Part shown: in pieces, positions 1-11,060 of the stretch
Layout: every line of letters starts with the position of its first letter
How positions within the stretch are numbered: the first letter of the stretch is position 1
NCBI GenBank assembly: GCA_028023455.1
Contig: JAQFVV010000004.1
Location: 12,400,001 to 12,464,000, forward strand
DNA length: 64,000 nucleotides
From: Epiperipatus broadwayi
Taxonomy: Eukaryota > Animalia > Onychophora
Direction: 5' to 3'
Translations under genes and position numbers: made by a program
The notes under the pieces: generated by a model
What the model saw: the letters and a program-made list of their open reading frames with translations, nothing else
Database searches by the model: none
What the model was told of the DNA's origin: nothing

Positions 1-23
1 GGGAAAGTTAGCCTTTCAAAGTG

Positions 24-65
24 TTAGTTGATAAAGACTACAAGGTTAGTCGAAAGCACTACTAA
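24..65 (+). ncRNA. Minimal type I hammerhead ribozyme, U3:A8 core variant, probably at the 3' end of a PLE truncated by the window edge
   Basis: TTAG-TTGATAA-A-GACTA caaggt TAGTC-GAAA-G ca C-T-A-CTAA: stem I TTAG/CTAA, stem II GACTA/TAGTC, GAAA 52-55, 2-bp stem III, cleavage triplet CUA. Confidence 0.7.
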
Positions 66-125
66 GTGGATAAATTTTTTTAAATATATCTGATTACTGT
101 ATTTATAAATATTCAATTATATAAT

Positions 126-628
126 TATACTAGTCCATTTGCACGTGTAGCACAATTGTCCTCAAAGCTGTAATTTGTTGATAAATAAATAAATATGAAT
201 GAATCTGATAAGTGCTTTCAAAGGGTCTAGCCTTGGATAATCATAGCTTAACTGTTAATGAGGTTAATGATATGCAAATTTGTGTTGATTATGCTAGACA
301 TTCCATTTTCTTGATAAAAAATAGCATGTGTCCTTCCTATTGATGGCGTCTTTGTTTCTGGAGATGAAGAAGGCTTCCTTAATTTTTCTTTTGAGATCAT
401 GCCTCTCTCTGCATATGATTGTGGGGTTGTCTGATACACACTCATGCTGGCATGTGTTTTGGTACTGAATAAATGGAGGGTTGATTGAGAGCTCTGTTAT
501 ATGAGTATCTGTGCTGTACCAACCGAGTAAATAAGGATGCTCTGTTTTCTCCATGAGCCTTTGCAGTTGTTATTGGGGCATGAAATATTGTATATTGTGG
601 GGGGGGGTCTGTAAAAGTGGGACTTGAT
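126..628 (-). mobile_element. Penelope-like element 3' fragment (GIY-YIG endonuclease plus 3' UTR), inverted arm
   Basis: Reverse complement of 759-1256; ORF 294..554 ends in ICRERHDLKRKIKEAFFISRNKDAINRKD, typical of the PLE endonuclease C-terminus. Confidence 0.85.
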
Positions 629-736
629 CTTTGGTGTTATTGATTAAGTTGTTGGAATTGGGGGGAGGGGTGCAGAAGCAAAGCTTATATGTATTATTGA
701 GGATAGAATTAATTTACTATGTAAATTGGAGAATGT

Positions 737-1256
737 ATGGAAGCAGCAGTCTGGGTTTATCAAGTCCCACTTTTACAGACTTCCCACACAGTATACAATA
801 GTGCATGCCCCAATAACAACTGCAAAGGCTCATACTATGGAGAAAACAGAGCATCCTTATCTACTCGGTTGGCACAACACAGATACTCATATAACAGGGC
901 ACTCAATCAAACCTCCATTTATTCGGTTTTTATTCAGCACCAAAACACATGCCAGCATGAGTGTGTACCAGACAACCGCACAATCATATGCAGAGAGAGG
1001 CACGACGTCAAAAAAAAATTAAGAAGCCTTCTTCATCTCCAGAGACAAAGACGCCATCAATAGGAAGGACACATGCTATGCTTTATCAAGGAAATGGAAT
1101 GTCTAGCATAATCAACACAAATTTGCATATCATTAATTATGATTATGAAGGCTAGATCCTTCGAAAACGCTTAGTAGATTCATTCGTATGTATTTATTTA
1201 TCAACAATTTACAGCTTTGAGGACAATTGCGCTACCCACGCAAACGGACTAGTATA
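737..1256 (+). mobile_element. Penelope-like element 3' fragment (GIY-YIG endonuclease plus 3' UTR)
   Basis: ORF 737..1063 VYNSACPNNNCKGSYYGENRASLSTRLAQH...H..C.H matches the PLE GIY-YIG with CCHH; frameshifted at the A-run near 1010-1018. Confidence 0.85.
1136..1175 (+). ncRNA. Hammerhead-like motif, A3:U8 core variant (PLE 3' UTR); mirror copy at about 205-249 on the minus strand
   Basis: ATGATTA-T-GAAGG ctagat CCTTC-GAAA-acgc-TT-AGT; perfect 5-bp stem II directly before GAAA; stems I and III damaged in this copy. Confidence 0.55.
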
Positions 1257-3178
1257 TATATTCCCTCAAAGTAAAAAAAAATCATTTAGCTAATTCGCAA
1301 TTATATAATTAGCATATTGCTTTGAAGAAGTACAGACATTGAATTATAATATTGTGATATATATATAATTAATCAATGCAAATAAGGAGAAGAAGAGGAA
1401 AGAAATTTTAATAATCAATTAAATTCCAAGACGAAAAATAATAGCTCTTTCATTGTCACTTTGATTGAAATGGAACAGTGCAAAAATAGAAAAACAAAAT
1501 AGTTAGTTTTACTATAAGAATTATAAGAACAATAAATATACTATATATTTTTGTTTTATTTGTTTAAATTATACTTACTTATAATTACAATTCAATTGTC
1601 TTTAATTTTCTCCTTTTCTAAGCCAACCTAATACAATGTAAACAACCAATTAATGGTAAACATAATAAAATAATTCTAAGGCGGCATATGAATTCTTTCT
1701 TAAGGACACTTCCGCATTCATTAACAAGAATAGTATTTTTAATAAAAATATAAATAATTATTCATAAATGAATAGGTTCAAGAAAATTATATTTCCTTTT
1801 AATCCCTAATACAGATTTTAAATTTAATATAGTTCAAATATGTTTATAATATTATTTATATGAAAGTTAATTCTAATTTTTAGAAATATATACCCATATT
1901 AACAAATCACTATATTCTTTACTTTACACAATACTACTGCCATATATAAAAATTATTCTTCATGTATAAAGTATGCTAAACAGAGTAGCGACAATTCCAA
2001 AAACATTAATGTTTTTTTTTTAATTTTAGCTACTCTGTTTATCACACTTTATAGTGAACAATAATTTTCATGATCTAACAGAGTTTCTGTATTATTTACG
2101 GCCATATGTAGTAAGTTTGTGTAATCAATAATTACCTGATGGGAGAGCAGTTAAATCCCCGTTCCGAAAACAGTTTCCGATTTTTGCTTTTATCAATGAA
2201 TATCGGAATTCGAACATGGAAATATCACAGTTATGCATCTTGTAATCACATTTAATTCTACTTTATTATTCACACTAAAAACCCGAAATCCAAACTAATT
2301 TAAAAGGTTTTTGAAGGCAAGCTCATTGAAAAAGGGATTTCTTATTCTTAATGTTTCTGACCGAATAATAATTGTCAAACAGGTGAGCTTGAGTGCAAAG
2401 ATATTAGTGCATGTTTTCAATTTCAAGCTTTTAGCTTGAATAGCAAACTAAAAGTAAAGGTGATTGCTAGATAGATAACTGCATTATCTCAAATATCGAA
2501 TCCCAAGTCACGATCATAGAATCAGAAACCAAAATTCAATCTTGGGGAAGTGATTTAAATGTATTCCAATCTGGAAATTAATGATTACTCAAGCTTATTA
2601 TAGATAGTAAAATGGTAGAGAGCTCCTTTGTTTTATCATATATAATATACATATTAATAATGCAACATTAAAACTATAAAAAGGCATACAAGTTATAAAC
2701 TATGTAAACTTAACAAATAAATAAATCAATAAACCTTTTGTGTTTATGGAATTATTGTGCCATAAAAAAAATCGTATTTCGTTATATACATATATAGAAA
2801 GGGCAAACATTTTTGAACAATTTATTCATTCCCTTTATCTTACGTTTGTTTTTCATGCAATTTATATTATTAATTTTTTATTAGTTCATCAACTTTAATG
2901 TGAATTTCTCTTCAACTGAAAGACAAAATTCATTCACTGCAATGTTTTTATTTAATCAACTAAACTTTCTCTGATGACAGAGAGTAAGTTAATTTTTTCC
3001 GGTTACTGAATAATATACAAATTAAATGTAAATTCTATTATCTTTCTTCTAATTCTTATAAATGACACATATATAACTAGACATTTTATTTATTAGCAAT
3101 ATATGTAAAGATGTGCAAGTATCAAAGTTCAAATATGTACATATTTGTTAAAATATGTAATAAAAAACGATCAGAACT

Positions 3179-3267
3179 GTCAAGCGGGGGTGGTCGAGTG
3201 GTTAGCACAGCTGCCTTACAGCAATTGTCCCGGGTTCGCTTCCCGGCCGATGCTTTGACACATGTAA
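3179..3267 (+). mobile_element. Short tRNA-derived SINE (family C, copy 1)
   Basis: A-box TGGTCGAGTGG, B-box GGTTCGCTTCCC, A-tail, 17-bp TSD aaaaaacgatcagaact (3162-3178 and 3268-3284); homologous to 12700, 58008 and 59084. Confidence 0.85.
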
Positions 3268-3559
3268 AAAAAACGATCAGAACTATATGTACTTCTAGTA
3301 GCAACTAAAATGACTTTATACTATCATTAATATTTTACAATATATTAAAAATCATATGTTGATCTATACTTGAATGACATAATATTTAACAGATATCACA
3401 GATATTTTTTTTATCTTTGGAAAGAAATGTTAGTTTATGTATTTTATTAAAAATAACTCGCAAAATAACAAATCAATTTATGATAAGTTGAGTAATAGAC
3501 AGAATAGTCAATTACCTTAAAGTCAATTATCCCTATCAAAGTCTTATCTGCAAATGAGA

Positions 3560-4640
3560 TTAAGATAATTATATAACACATTTTGAGTAGGACACTCAAG
3601 AGACATCAAAACAGATATCAAGCATTTCATGTGATGAGAGGAAATTTTATTAAATCTTTCAAACGGGATAAATCTAAAATCATTCTCCCTGCTAATAAAG
3701 ATATGATAACAAAATAAAAGATCTTCTCACAGCAGGCCAATACAAAAAAAGTGTGAAAAAATCAAGTACAGAAGTAAGGTTACAAGCATTACCCCAAAAG
3801 CACCACAGGGATTTCAGGGATTAAAAAAAAGTAAATTAACTTCATATTTCAGCAAAATTCCTCATCTTTATGGACTATCTAAAATCCATAAAGACAATGT
3901 TCCATTAAGGCATATTGTTAGTTTTAGAAATTCACCATGTCAAAACATCACAATTTCTTCTCAAAATTCTTAGTCCATTGGCATACTTGGACACAGTTTA
4001 TTAGGTATTCTAAGCACTTTTTAGAATTAATCAGGAGCATGAAAATGGAAAGAACTGATATATTGATAAGCTTTGATGTTGAATGTTTATTAGAAATATA
4101 ATATATGATGAAGCATTATCTATTGTAAGAAAAATGTTATATGATGATAATAGTCTACAAACCAAAACAATCCACCTATTGATAGTACAATGGAAATATT
4201 AACCTTCTGCAAAACAACAATGTACTTTCACTATAACTCAGAATTCTTCCAACAAAATCAACAATAACCATGAGCTCACCACTATCACACTTGTTTAGCA
4301 ACAATTAACATGGAAGAACTTGAAACAACAACCATAAATATTACTTCATTTCCAACTAAAGTGAGTTTCACTATGTTGATGATACATTTGTAGTATGGCC
4401 AAATGGTGAAGCATGATTACAGTCACTCTGAATGCACATCAACAACTTATCTCCATCTATTCAATTCACAGTGGAATCAAAACAAGAACAGAAATTGGTA
4501 TTCTTAGATATTCTCATGACAAGGTTACCTCAGGGAAAAGTAAAAACAACAATATACATTCAATCATAACAGAACCACAAAACATGGAATTATACAGAGC
4601 AAAAGGAGTTTGTTCAAAAACTAGTGATTTGAAAAATGAA
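3560..4640 (+). mobile_element. Decayed Penelope-like reverse transcriptase (5' part of an interrupted PLE)
   Basis: Broken frames give LYGLSKIHKDNVPLR, SFDV, SSPLS and YVDD (tatgttgatgat 4372-4383), then QFTVE...FLDI. Confidence 0.85.
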
Positions 4641-5330
4641 AAGATAAATGACAGTTGACGAAAACATACCCAGAAAAGGTAGTTTTTGAAAAATATTCAG
4701 CTTCATTATTTTCTTGCATGCTTTCGATATAACATGTAAATCATATTCATGGCTTGTAGTAATATAATTCAAGAGTTCTTGGTATTAGTGTATATAAGTA
4801 GTGACAAATTAGGTATTCAAAGCATTAAACTTTATTTAAATGGTTCACTTCTTTGATAACAGTATGCTGATGTCTTTTCAACTGATCAAAACATGGTCGC
4901 TTGCTATTGTTCAGGCTTCCTTGATTTTCCACTTTCTGTCCTAATTTTTACTTTTGACAATTCAAATTTATGGCTGGATTTTTGTTGATAGTCTCGGAAT
5001 AGTGCTAAATATTCTTTATTTTTGAGGACTCTGATGTATAAATATCTATGTTGGGCCAAAGTAGTTAAAAGATTTCATTTGAGTCCCCATACTATGCTAA
5101 GTTGCATGCAGATTGGCTGCATCTAATTTTATAGACCACTTGATGTGCACATTCATTTGACAGATTGCCTTTGGAATTGTTATCGAATTGGCTCAGAGAT
5201 TAACTGATTTGAAAGCTTACATTGAATTCGTCATCACAAATCTTTTTTGATTTATGTGAGGCTTTTGTGATGTGACATTAATCCATTTTTTAGACTCCTC
5301 TTGTTGAATGGAAGTGTTAATAATTTTGTT
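4640..5330 (-). mobile_element. Second PLE family, GIY-YIG plus 3' UTR, inverted arm
   Basis: Reverse complement aligns to 5480-5648 plus 6351-6580 and to 6690-7190 (QVVYKIRCSQSACNLA). Confidence 0.75.
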
Positions 5331-5648
5331 GTATGCAGGACATAAAAAAAATATTTTCTACTCAGAAGTCACTTTTATGCAAATTTAAATATGATAAAAA
5401 GAACAATATAAAAGAATATATAAAGGACCTTCAAAATACAGGATATAATTATAGTAAAATCATTAACACTATAAATAGGTTTTACAACAAATTAAGAAAC
5501 TCCCATCCCACTCATCAAGAGGAGCCTAAAAATGAATTAGCCTCCCTTACATCCAAAAGTCACACACAAATTTAAAAAAAAATTGCGATGATAAATTCAA
5601 CCTAAGCTTTTTAGCATCTCAATCACTGAACCAATTAATTAACAATTA

Positions 5649-6335
5649 AACAGGCAAAAACTCTCCATGCAGTAGTGCCACCTTGTTCTAACCAGAGTAA
5701 TCAATGGATTCCAGAAGGCTTGTGCATAAAATCCCCATCTAGTGCCTAATCATCCAATATCCCCGATAGTTTCTAGCTTGTGGCCTTCATCAATGATAAG
5801 CCTTGGATCTGATAGCACTGCAACTAGATCTTAGGATCTAATGCAACCCTCCAGCAGCCACCTTTTATCTCTACTTAACTATAAAACTATGAGAATAAAA
5901 TATTTTCAATCTAAGCTCAATAGCTTATATAGTCATATGGGTCTGAACTCAATTCAGCACCCATACATGTTGGTGACTGGCTCTTAAACAACCATAGCCA
6001 CCACTATCCTATTAGGCAGGATTGGTGTTAACCCACTAAACATCACATGATCACCATCTCATGCTAGCACATAACTGTTATTAAACAGGCAAAAACTCTC
6101 CATATAGTAGTACCATCATTTTCTAACCAGAGTACATAAAATCCCTATCTAGTGCCAGAAACTAGTCTGGAGATATTGGATGAGTAGGCACTAGATAGGA
6201 ATTTTATGCACAAGCCTTATGGCATCCATTGATTACTTTGTTTAGCACAAGGTGGCATTACTATATGGAAAGTTTTTGTCTGTTTAATAACAGTTATGTG
6301 CTAGCATGAGATGGTGATCATGTGATGTTAAGTGG
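5649..6335. mobile_element. Family B non-coding HHR repeat: 435-nt head-to-tail monomer plus partial monomer plus inverted arm
   Basis: aaacaggcaaaaactctcc at 5648 and 6083 (period 435); arm 6157-6335 inverted; 15-bp TSD attaattaacaatta (5634-5648 and 6336-6350); decayed HHR on minus strand at about 5760-5800. Confidence 0.85.
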
Positions 6336-6576
6336 ATTAATTAACAATTACAAAGACAATTTTCTGAATGAATCTGCACATCAAGTGATCTATAAAATTA
6401 AATGCAGCCAACCTGCATGCAACTTAGCATATTATAGTGAGTCAAGGGTCAACCTTTCAACTAGATTGGCCCAACAAAAATATTTATACAACAGAACACT
6501 CAAAAATAAAGAATTTTCATCAATATCCACCAACAACCAACAAAAAGTCAGCCATAAATTTGAATTGTCAAAAGCA

Positions 6577-6640
6577 ATATATATATATACATACATACAT
6601 ATATATATGTGTGTGTAGAGAGAGAGAGAGAGAGCAGAGA
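6577..6640. repeat. Compound (TA)n/(TACA)/(TG)n/(AG)n microsatellite
   Basis: atatatatatacatacatacatatatatatgtgtgtgtagagagagagagagagag. Confidence 0.9.
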
Positions 6641-7199
6641 AAGAGGAAAATCAAGGAAGACAAACTGAACATATGCTTTTGAACCCCATAATCACTGAAC
6701 CAATTAATTAACAGCTCCAAAGATAATCTGATAAATGGATCTGTACATCAAGTAGTCTATAAAATTAAATGCAGTCAACCTGCATGCAGCTTGGCATATA
6801 ATAGGAATTCAAGGGCCAATCTTTCATTAGATTGGTCCAACACAGATATTTATACAACAGAACCCTCAAAAATAAAGAATATTCATTAACATTCACCAAC
6901 TAGGAACAAAAATCTGGCCATAAATTTGAATTGTCAAAAGCAAAAATGACATATATGTGGAAAATGAAGACTAGAAAATAGCAAGTGACCATTTTCCAAT
7001 CAATCTCTCTATTTTAACAGCTAATTAGTCTCTATTTATATACTACTAATACCAAGAGCTCTTAAATCATATTATAAGAAGGTATGGATATAATATACAT
7101 GTTATAATGAAAACATGATATTAGTAATAAAGCTGAATATTTTTAAAAACTATCTTTTCTGTGTATGTTTTCATTAACAGTCATTTATTACATTACTTC

Positions 7200-7760
7200 A
7201 GAAAAGAAGTAAACAATTTTCAGTTGAATTATAAGATGAAAAGACTTACAGAGAACAAACTCTCATCAAAGATGGTTATCCATCAGCTATCATCGAGAAA
7301 ACCTTGAACAAACAATGAAAAAAAGCACCAAAAAAGAAAACAGTTATTGATACTGTAGTGTATCCATACATATCAGGAATGCCAGAAAAATTAAAGAAAA
7401 TTTGCAATCAATATAATATTAGAACAGCTTTCCAAAGCCATACCACACTTTGAGAAATTCTACAAATCCTCGACTGGAAATACTGAAAAACAAAAACTGA
7501 ATCTATGAAATACCATGTGAATGTGATAGGAAGTATATTTATTGGTAAAACCTGTCATGATGATGAACAGCAATTGAAAGAACACAAACCAATGGTTAAA
7601 AGAGAAAAACAGAAGTACCATAGCAGACCATGTATGTAATAATGAATATATGTTCAATTATGAAAATTCAAAAATATTGGATAGAGAGAAAAAAGGTGCA
7701 AAGAACAAAATTCAAAAAAATGTCTCACATAACAAAGACAAACACTCTTAGAAAAAAGTA
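7200..7760 (+). mobile_element. 3' part (linker plus GIY-YIG) of the PLE starting at 3560
   Basis: Broken frames give PYISGMPEKLKKICNQYNIRTAF, YEIPCECDRKY.IG and KILDREK. Confidence 0.75.
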
Positions 7761-7785
7761 TTAATTAATATAATAATAAAAAATG

Positions 7786-7945
7786 AAGGACTCAGGAGGA
7801 TTTGAACCAACATCATAGATAAGTATATGAAATTTCTATTGACTGTTGTTGTCAGAATAACTCAGTTGATTAGAGCATTGCCCTAAAATTTGATATTCAA
7901 AAATCTAAAGGTGTATGTAAGTTTGACTCCTATGCTAATATTGTC
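7786..7945. pseudogene. Degenerate tRNA-like sequences, head-to-head
   Basis: Minus-strand B-box (tggttcaaatcctcc) at about 7795-7810; plus-strand aataactcagttgattagagca (A-box-like) and aagtttgactcct (B-box-like). Confidence 0.35.
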
Positions 7946-8067
7946 ACTGCCAGGCCAGCAATACCTGAAGAATAATGGAGGATACTATTCTCAAAATGTT
8001 ATGTAATTATTAACCTATGTTATCTATTTGTATGTTATTATTAACATATTGTTTATTATAAATATAT

Positions 8068-10150
8068 ATGCTTTCACTTCTCAAATGCAAATTCACTTTT
8101 CTTGCAGATAAACAAGGTGTCAAGACCTTACCTTCAGACAAAGCTAGCTTTGTAAAATTTATCGATAAGGCTCCTCCTCTCAACATAAAAACAGTGCTAG
8201 AATTTGGACAGAGATTTTTTGGAAGTGAAGGGAATGAGCAAATCATGAATCTTATAGCTGATAGTGAGGCTGGTCTCTCAGATAACATAAATAGAAATAA
8301 AATAATTATACAAATCACAAAATCTATTCAACCCTATCAAAGCCAACAATCACAATTGGAGGATGCATGTAAATGCCACCAAGCAATTCCTTTATGAAAA
8401 TAACACAATATGTCTAAAATATGTCTAAAACAAGATAAATGAAACAGATTTGTCTTAATGAGTAAAGCTGACTTTATAGTGAAATGATTGTTCAGATAAA
8501 CAAATTTAAATTTAAACTCCTGAACTACAACATAATGGTGAACAAAGACAAATTAGCTACATATTGTGCAAAGACTGCAATAAGATTTTTACTAAAGGCA
8601 AATATTATAAAATCTACCTATTGGCTGTAACATCACCACAATTGTGTTCCAATATCAAATTGTACAAACCAAACATCCTGCTTAAGTTTTATTTATATTT
8701 TGGAGAAACACGCTACTATGCAACCATTAAAATGAGTAATCAGTGGCTAACAGAACAACTAAGTTATGATGCTTGCTCTATTAAGTCATCCTTTAAATTT
8801 GTAAATTTAATTAAATATTCAAAATTAGGAGTTGATCACAAAATTGCTTCCCTTGACACAACCAAACTATATGGTTCTATTAACAGAAAAGTCTATTAAC
8901 ATTGTTAAATGAGGGATTCTTGATAACCAATTAATTATTCATCAACATGAATTAAATTTATAACGGTTTGTCTTAATAGGCTTGATAACAACATTATCAC
9001 TATGATTGATGAGCAACATTGTTATATGACTGATGGATGGCCAATGGGTCTACCCATAAGTGGGATTATTTCAAGTATATATCTTAATCACATTCAAATC
9101 AGCTCCTCCCTAAACCCATTACAAATACTCCCAACATTATTTAAACACTATATGTAGATGTTCTATTTATATGCAGCTGGAATCTTTAATCAATTAAATC
9201 ACAACTGACCTAGAGGAATAATCTGCATTATCATGGAATATAGAATGGGAAAACTGCCATAGGAAGTTAAAATACCTAGATATCTAGATACAGAGAGATA
9301 TTCTCCAGTAAAACAATAAAATGCAACTAAAAGGTTTTGTGCACATCAAATCCATCTCACCTCACTTTCACAAATATGCTGTTCTGTCACCATTTCTTTA
9401 CAGAAACTACCATCTGTGCAAGTTTAAATCTGCTTGAAAAGGCCACATTGAGCAATACTTTAAAGAACTAACTGGCAAAGGATTCAAATATAATGACCTC
9501 ACATAAAGAGTCAAACAGTTTTATAACAAGATGAAATCAAATCCACCCAAAGATGACAGACCTTGGATACTATAACTAAAAATATCATACTATAACTAAA
9601 AATATCAATAAAGCATATTCACAAACACATTGAGTAAGCTACCATACTCCTCCCAAAATTAAAAATTAATAAATAATTTTAATTAATAACTCTAATCATA
9701 GAACAAATTTCTTCCACTGTATATAAAATTGCATGCCCCAAGCAGAGCGCAATTCTATATATTATAGTGAATGGCACCCATGCCTCTCTATTTGAATTTC
9801 CCAACACATATATCTTTATGGATAAGCTATAGATAATATAGAGCATAAATCAACCTTCCTTGAGAACCAAAACACCACATCCATATATTTAAACCCATAT
9901 CTGCCAACATAGCAAGCATCAAGGAAAATAACTCTTAAGTGGAAGGTCAACAAAGTGTGGCATATAGCTAAAAACCCTTATGCCATAAATCAGAAGGAAT
10001 ATTGCCTCCCCCTTTCTAAGAAATGGGAAATCTGAATTACATAATTTTGAAAAATCTTTTGCCTATACATGTACAATTATACATATTCTACAGCTATGAT
10101 TATGAGGACATTTAATGCTCTTGAAAGCTGTTAGCTTCAATAATAATTTT
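8068..10150 (+). mobile_element. Near full-length decayed Penelope-like element (N-terminal region, RT, GIY-YIG, 3' UTR with A3:U8 HHR-like motif at 10091-10137)
   Basis: MSKAD, SLDTTKLYGSI (motif A), GWPMGLPISGIISSIYL (motif B), HYVDV, YKIACPK; 3' UTR ATGATTA-T-GAGG...TCTT-GAAA-gctg-TT-AGC. Confidence 0.8.
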
Positions 10151-10699
10151 CATGCAATTATAACTTTTCTTATGTATGTCAGCATATATATTTATAATTT
10201 ACAAATGTCTAAGAAAGTTTTTTAATTTTCTAAATAACATATTGTTTATATGTGAAAAGTTTAAAATTTTCTAGACATTCAACAGTTAATGATAGATGAT
10301 GGAAATAGTTCCAAAATATCACATCCATATTGTTAAAGCTTTCATAATCCTGCATTAGTTATTTCAGTACTATTTATTTGCCTTTTTTAACAATTAATGT
10401 TCACAAAAGTTTACTGTTTTAATAGTACAAAAAAAAACCATATTTGTATTTTCTATGATCTTCTTTACATATGTAAACTGTTTAATTTACTAAACACATT
10501 AATGAATCTATCTTTTATCCATATTTTCTTAATGTCTTTACGTTTTATGAGGAGTATACCCTACACCAACCAAAACCTGGAATAATTCACTGATGAGCAG
10601 TCCCATTGTAGTACATGCTTCCATCACTAGATGCCTCTGGTTGGAACTGTTCTGCATCAGATAATAGCAAAGCAGATAGTTTAGTGTTCAAGGCTTGAA

Positions 10700-11030
10700 C
10701 AGCATCTTTAGCAACAAGGTAATATACACGTAAATAAAAAAATATGGGTGATTTAGTCTGAAAATTGTGTAAGAAAGGCACAAAAAATATTAGGCATCTG
10801 TTAATTGAATGTAAATGCTTAAAATCAGAAAGAGTACAAATAATGAAGTTATGGAAGAATAAATATGAACAAAGTGATCATACAGAAAGGGGGTTATTAG
10901 TTTTTATGCTGGTTTTGGGAAAAGATAAGGGAGATTTATATATGAAGGCCATGCAATTGACAAATATTATGCTGTGGAAAAGGTATGGAGCAGATTATGG
11001 GAAAAAAACATAGGGTGGGGAATGGAATGG
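10700..11030 (+). mobile_element. Non-LTR retrotransposon 3' end (C-terminal CCHC zinc-knuckle-like region)
   Basis: LCKKGTKNIRHLLIECKCLKSER resembles the C..C...E...H....C motif of L1/Tx1-type ORF2. Confidence 0.5.
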
Positions 11031-11060
11031 GAAGATAAAGTGGTTAACAGGTTTCTCTGG

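Larger units (their letters stand above)
5333..7190 (+). mobile_element. Second PLE family, tandem partial copies (RT thumb/linker, GIY-YIG, 3' UTR), first copy interrupted by a family B insertion
   Basis: ORF 6322..6618 HQVIYKIKCSQPACNLAYYSESRVNLSTRLAQ; repeated at 6690-6950; ends mirror 4640-4700. Confidence 0.75.

Noticed and set aside
2140-2185. CTGATGG...TTCC-GAAA hammerhead-like string
   Set aside because: A9 is G, stem II is irregular, no stem I forms, and there is no repeat context.
7960-8010. CTGAAGA...TATTCTC-AAAA possible upstream pLTR hammerhead
   Set aside because: It needs a deletion plus G12A and lacks stem I; too degenerate to support.
10285-10330. GATGAT-GGAA atag TTCC-AAAA hammerhead remnant
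   Set aside because: At least two core positions are mutated. It is plausibly a dead HHR but was not counted.
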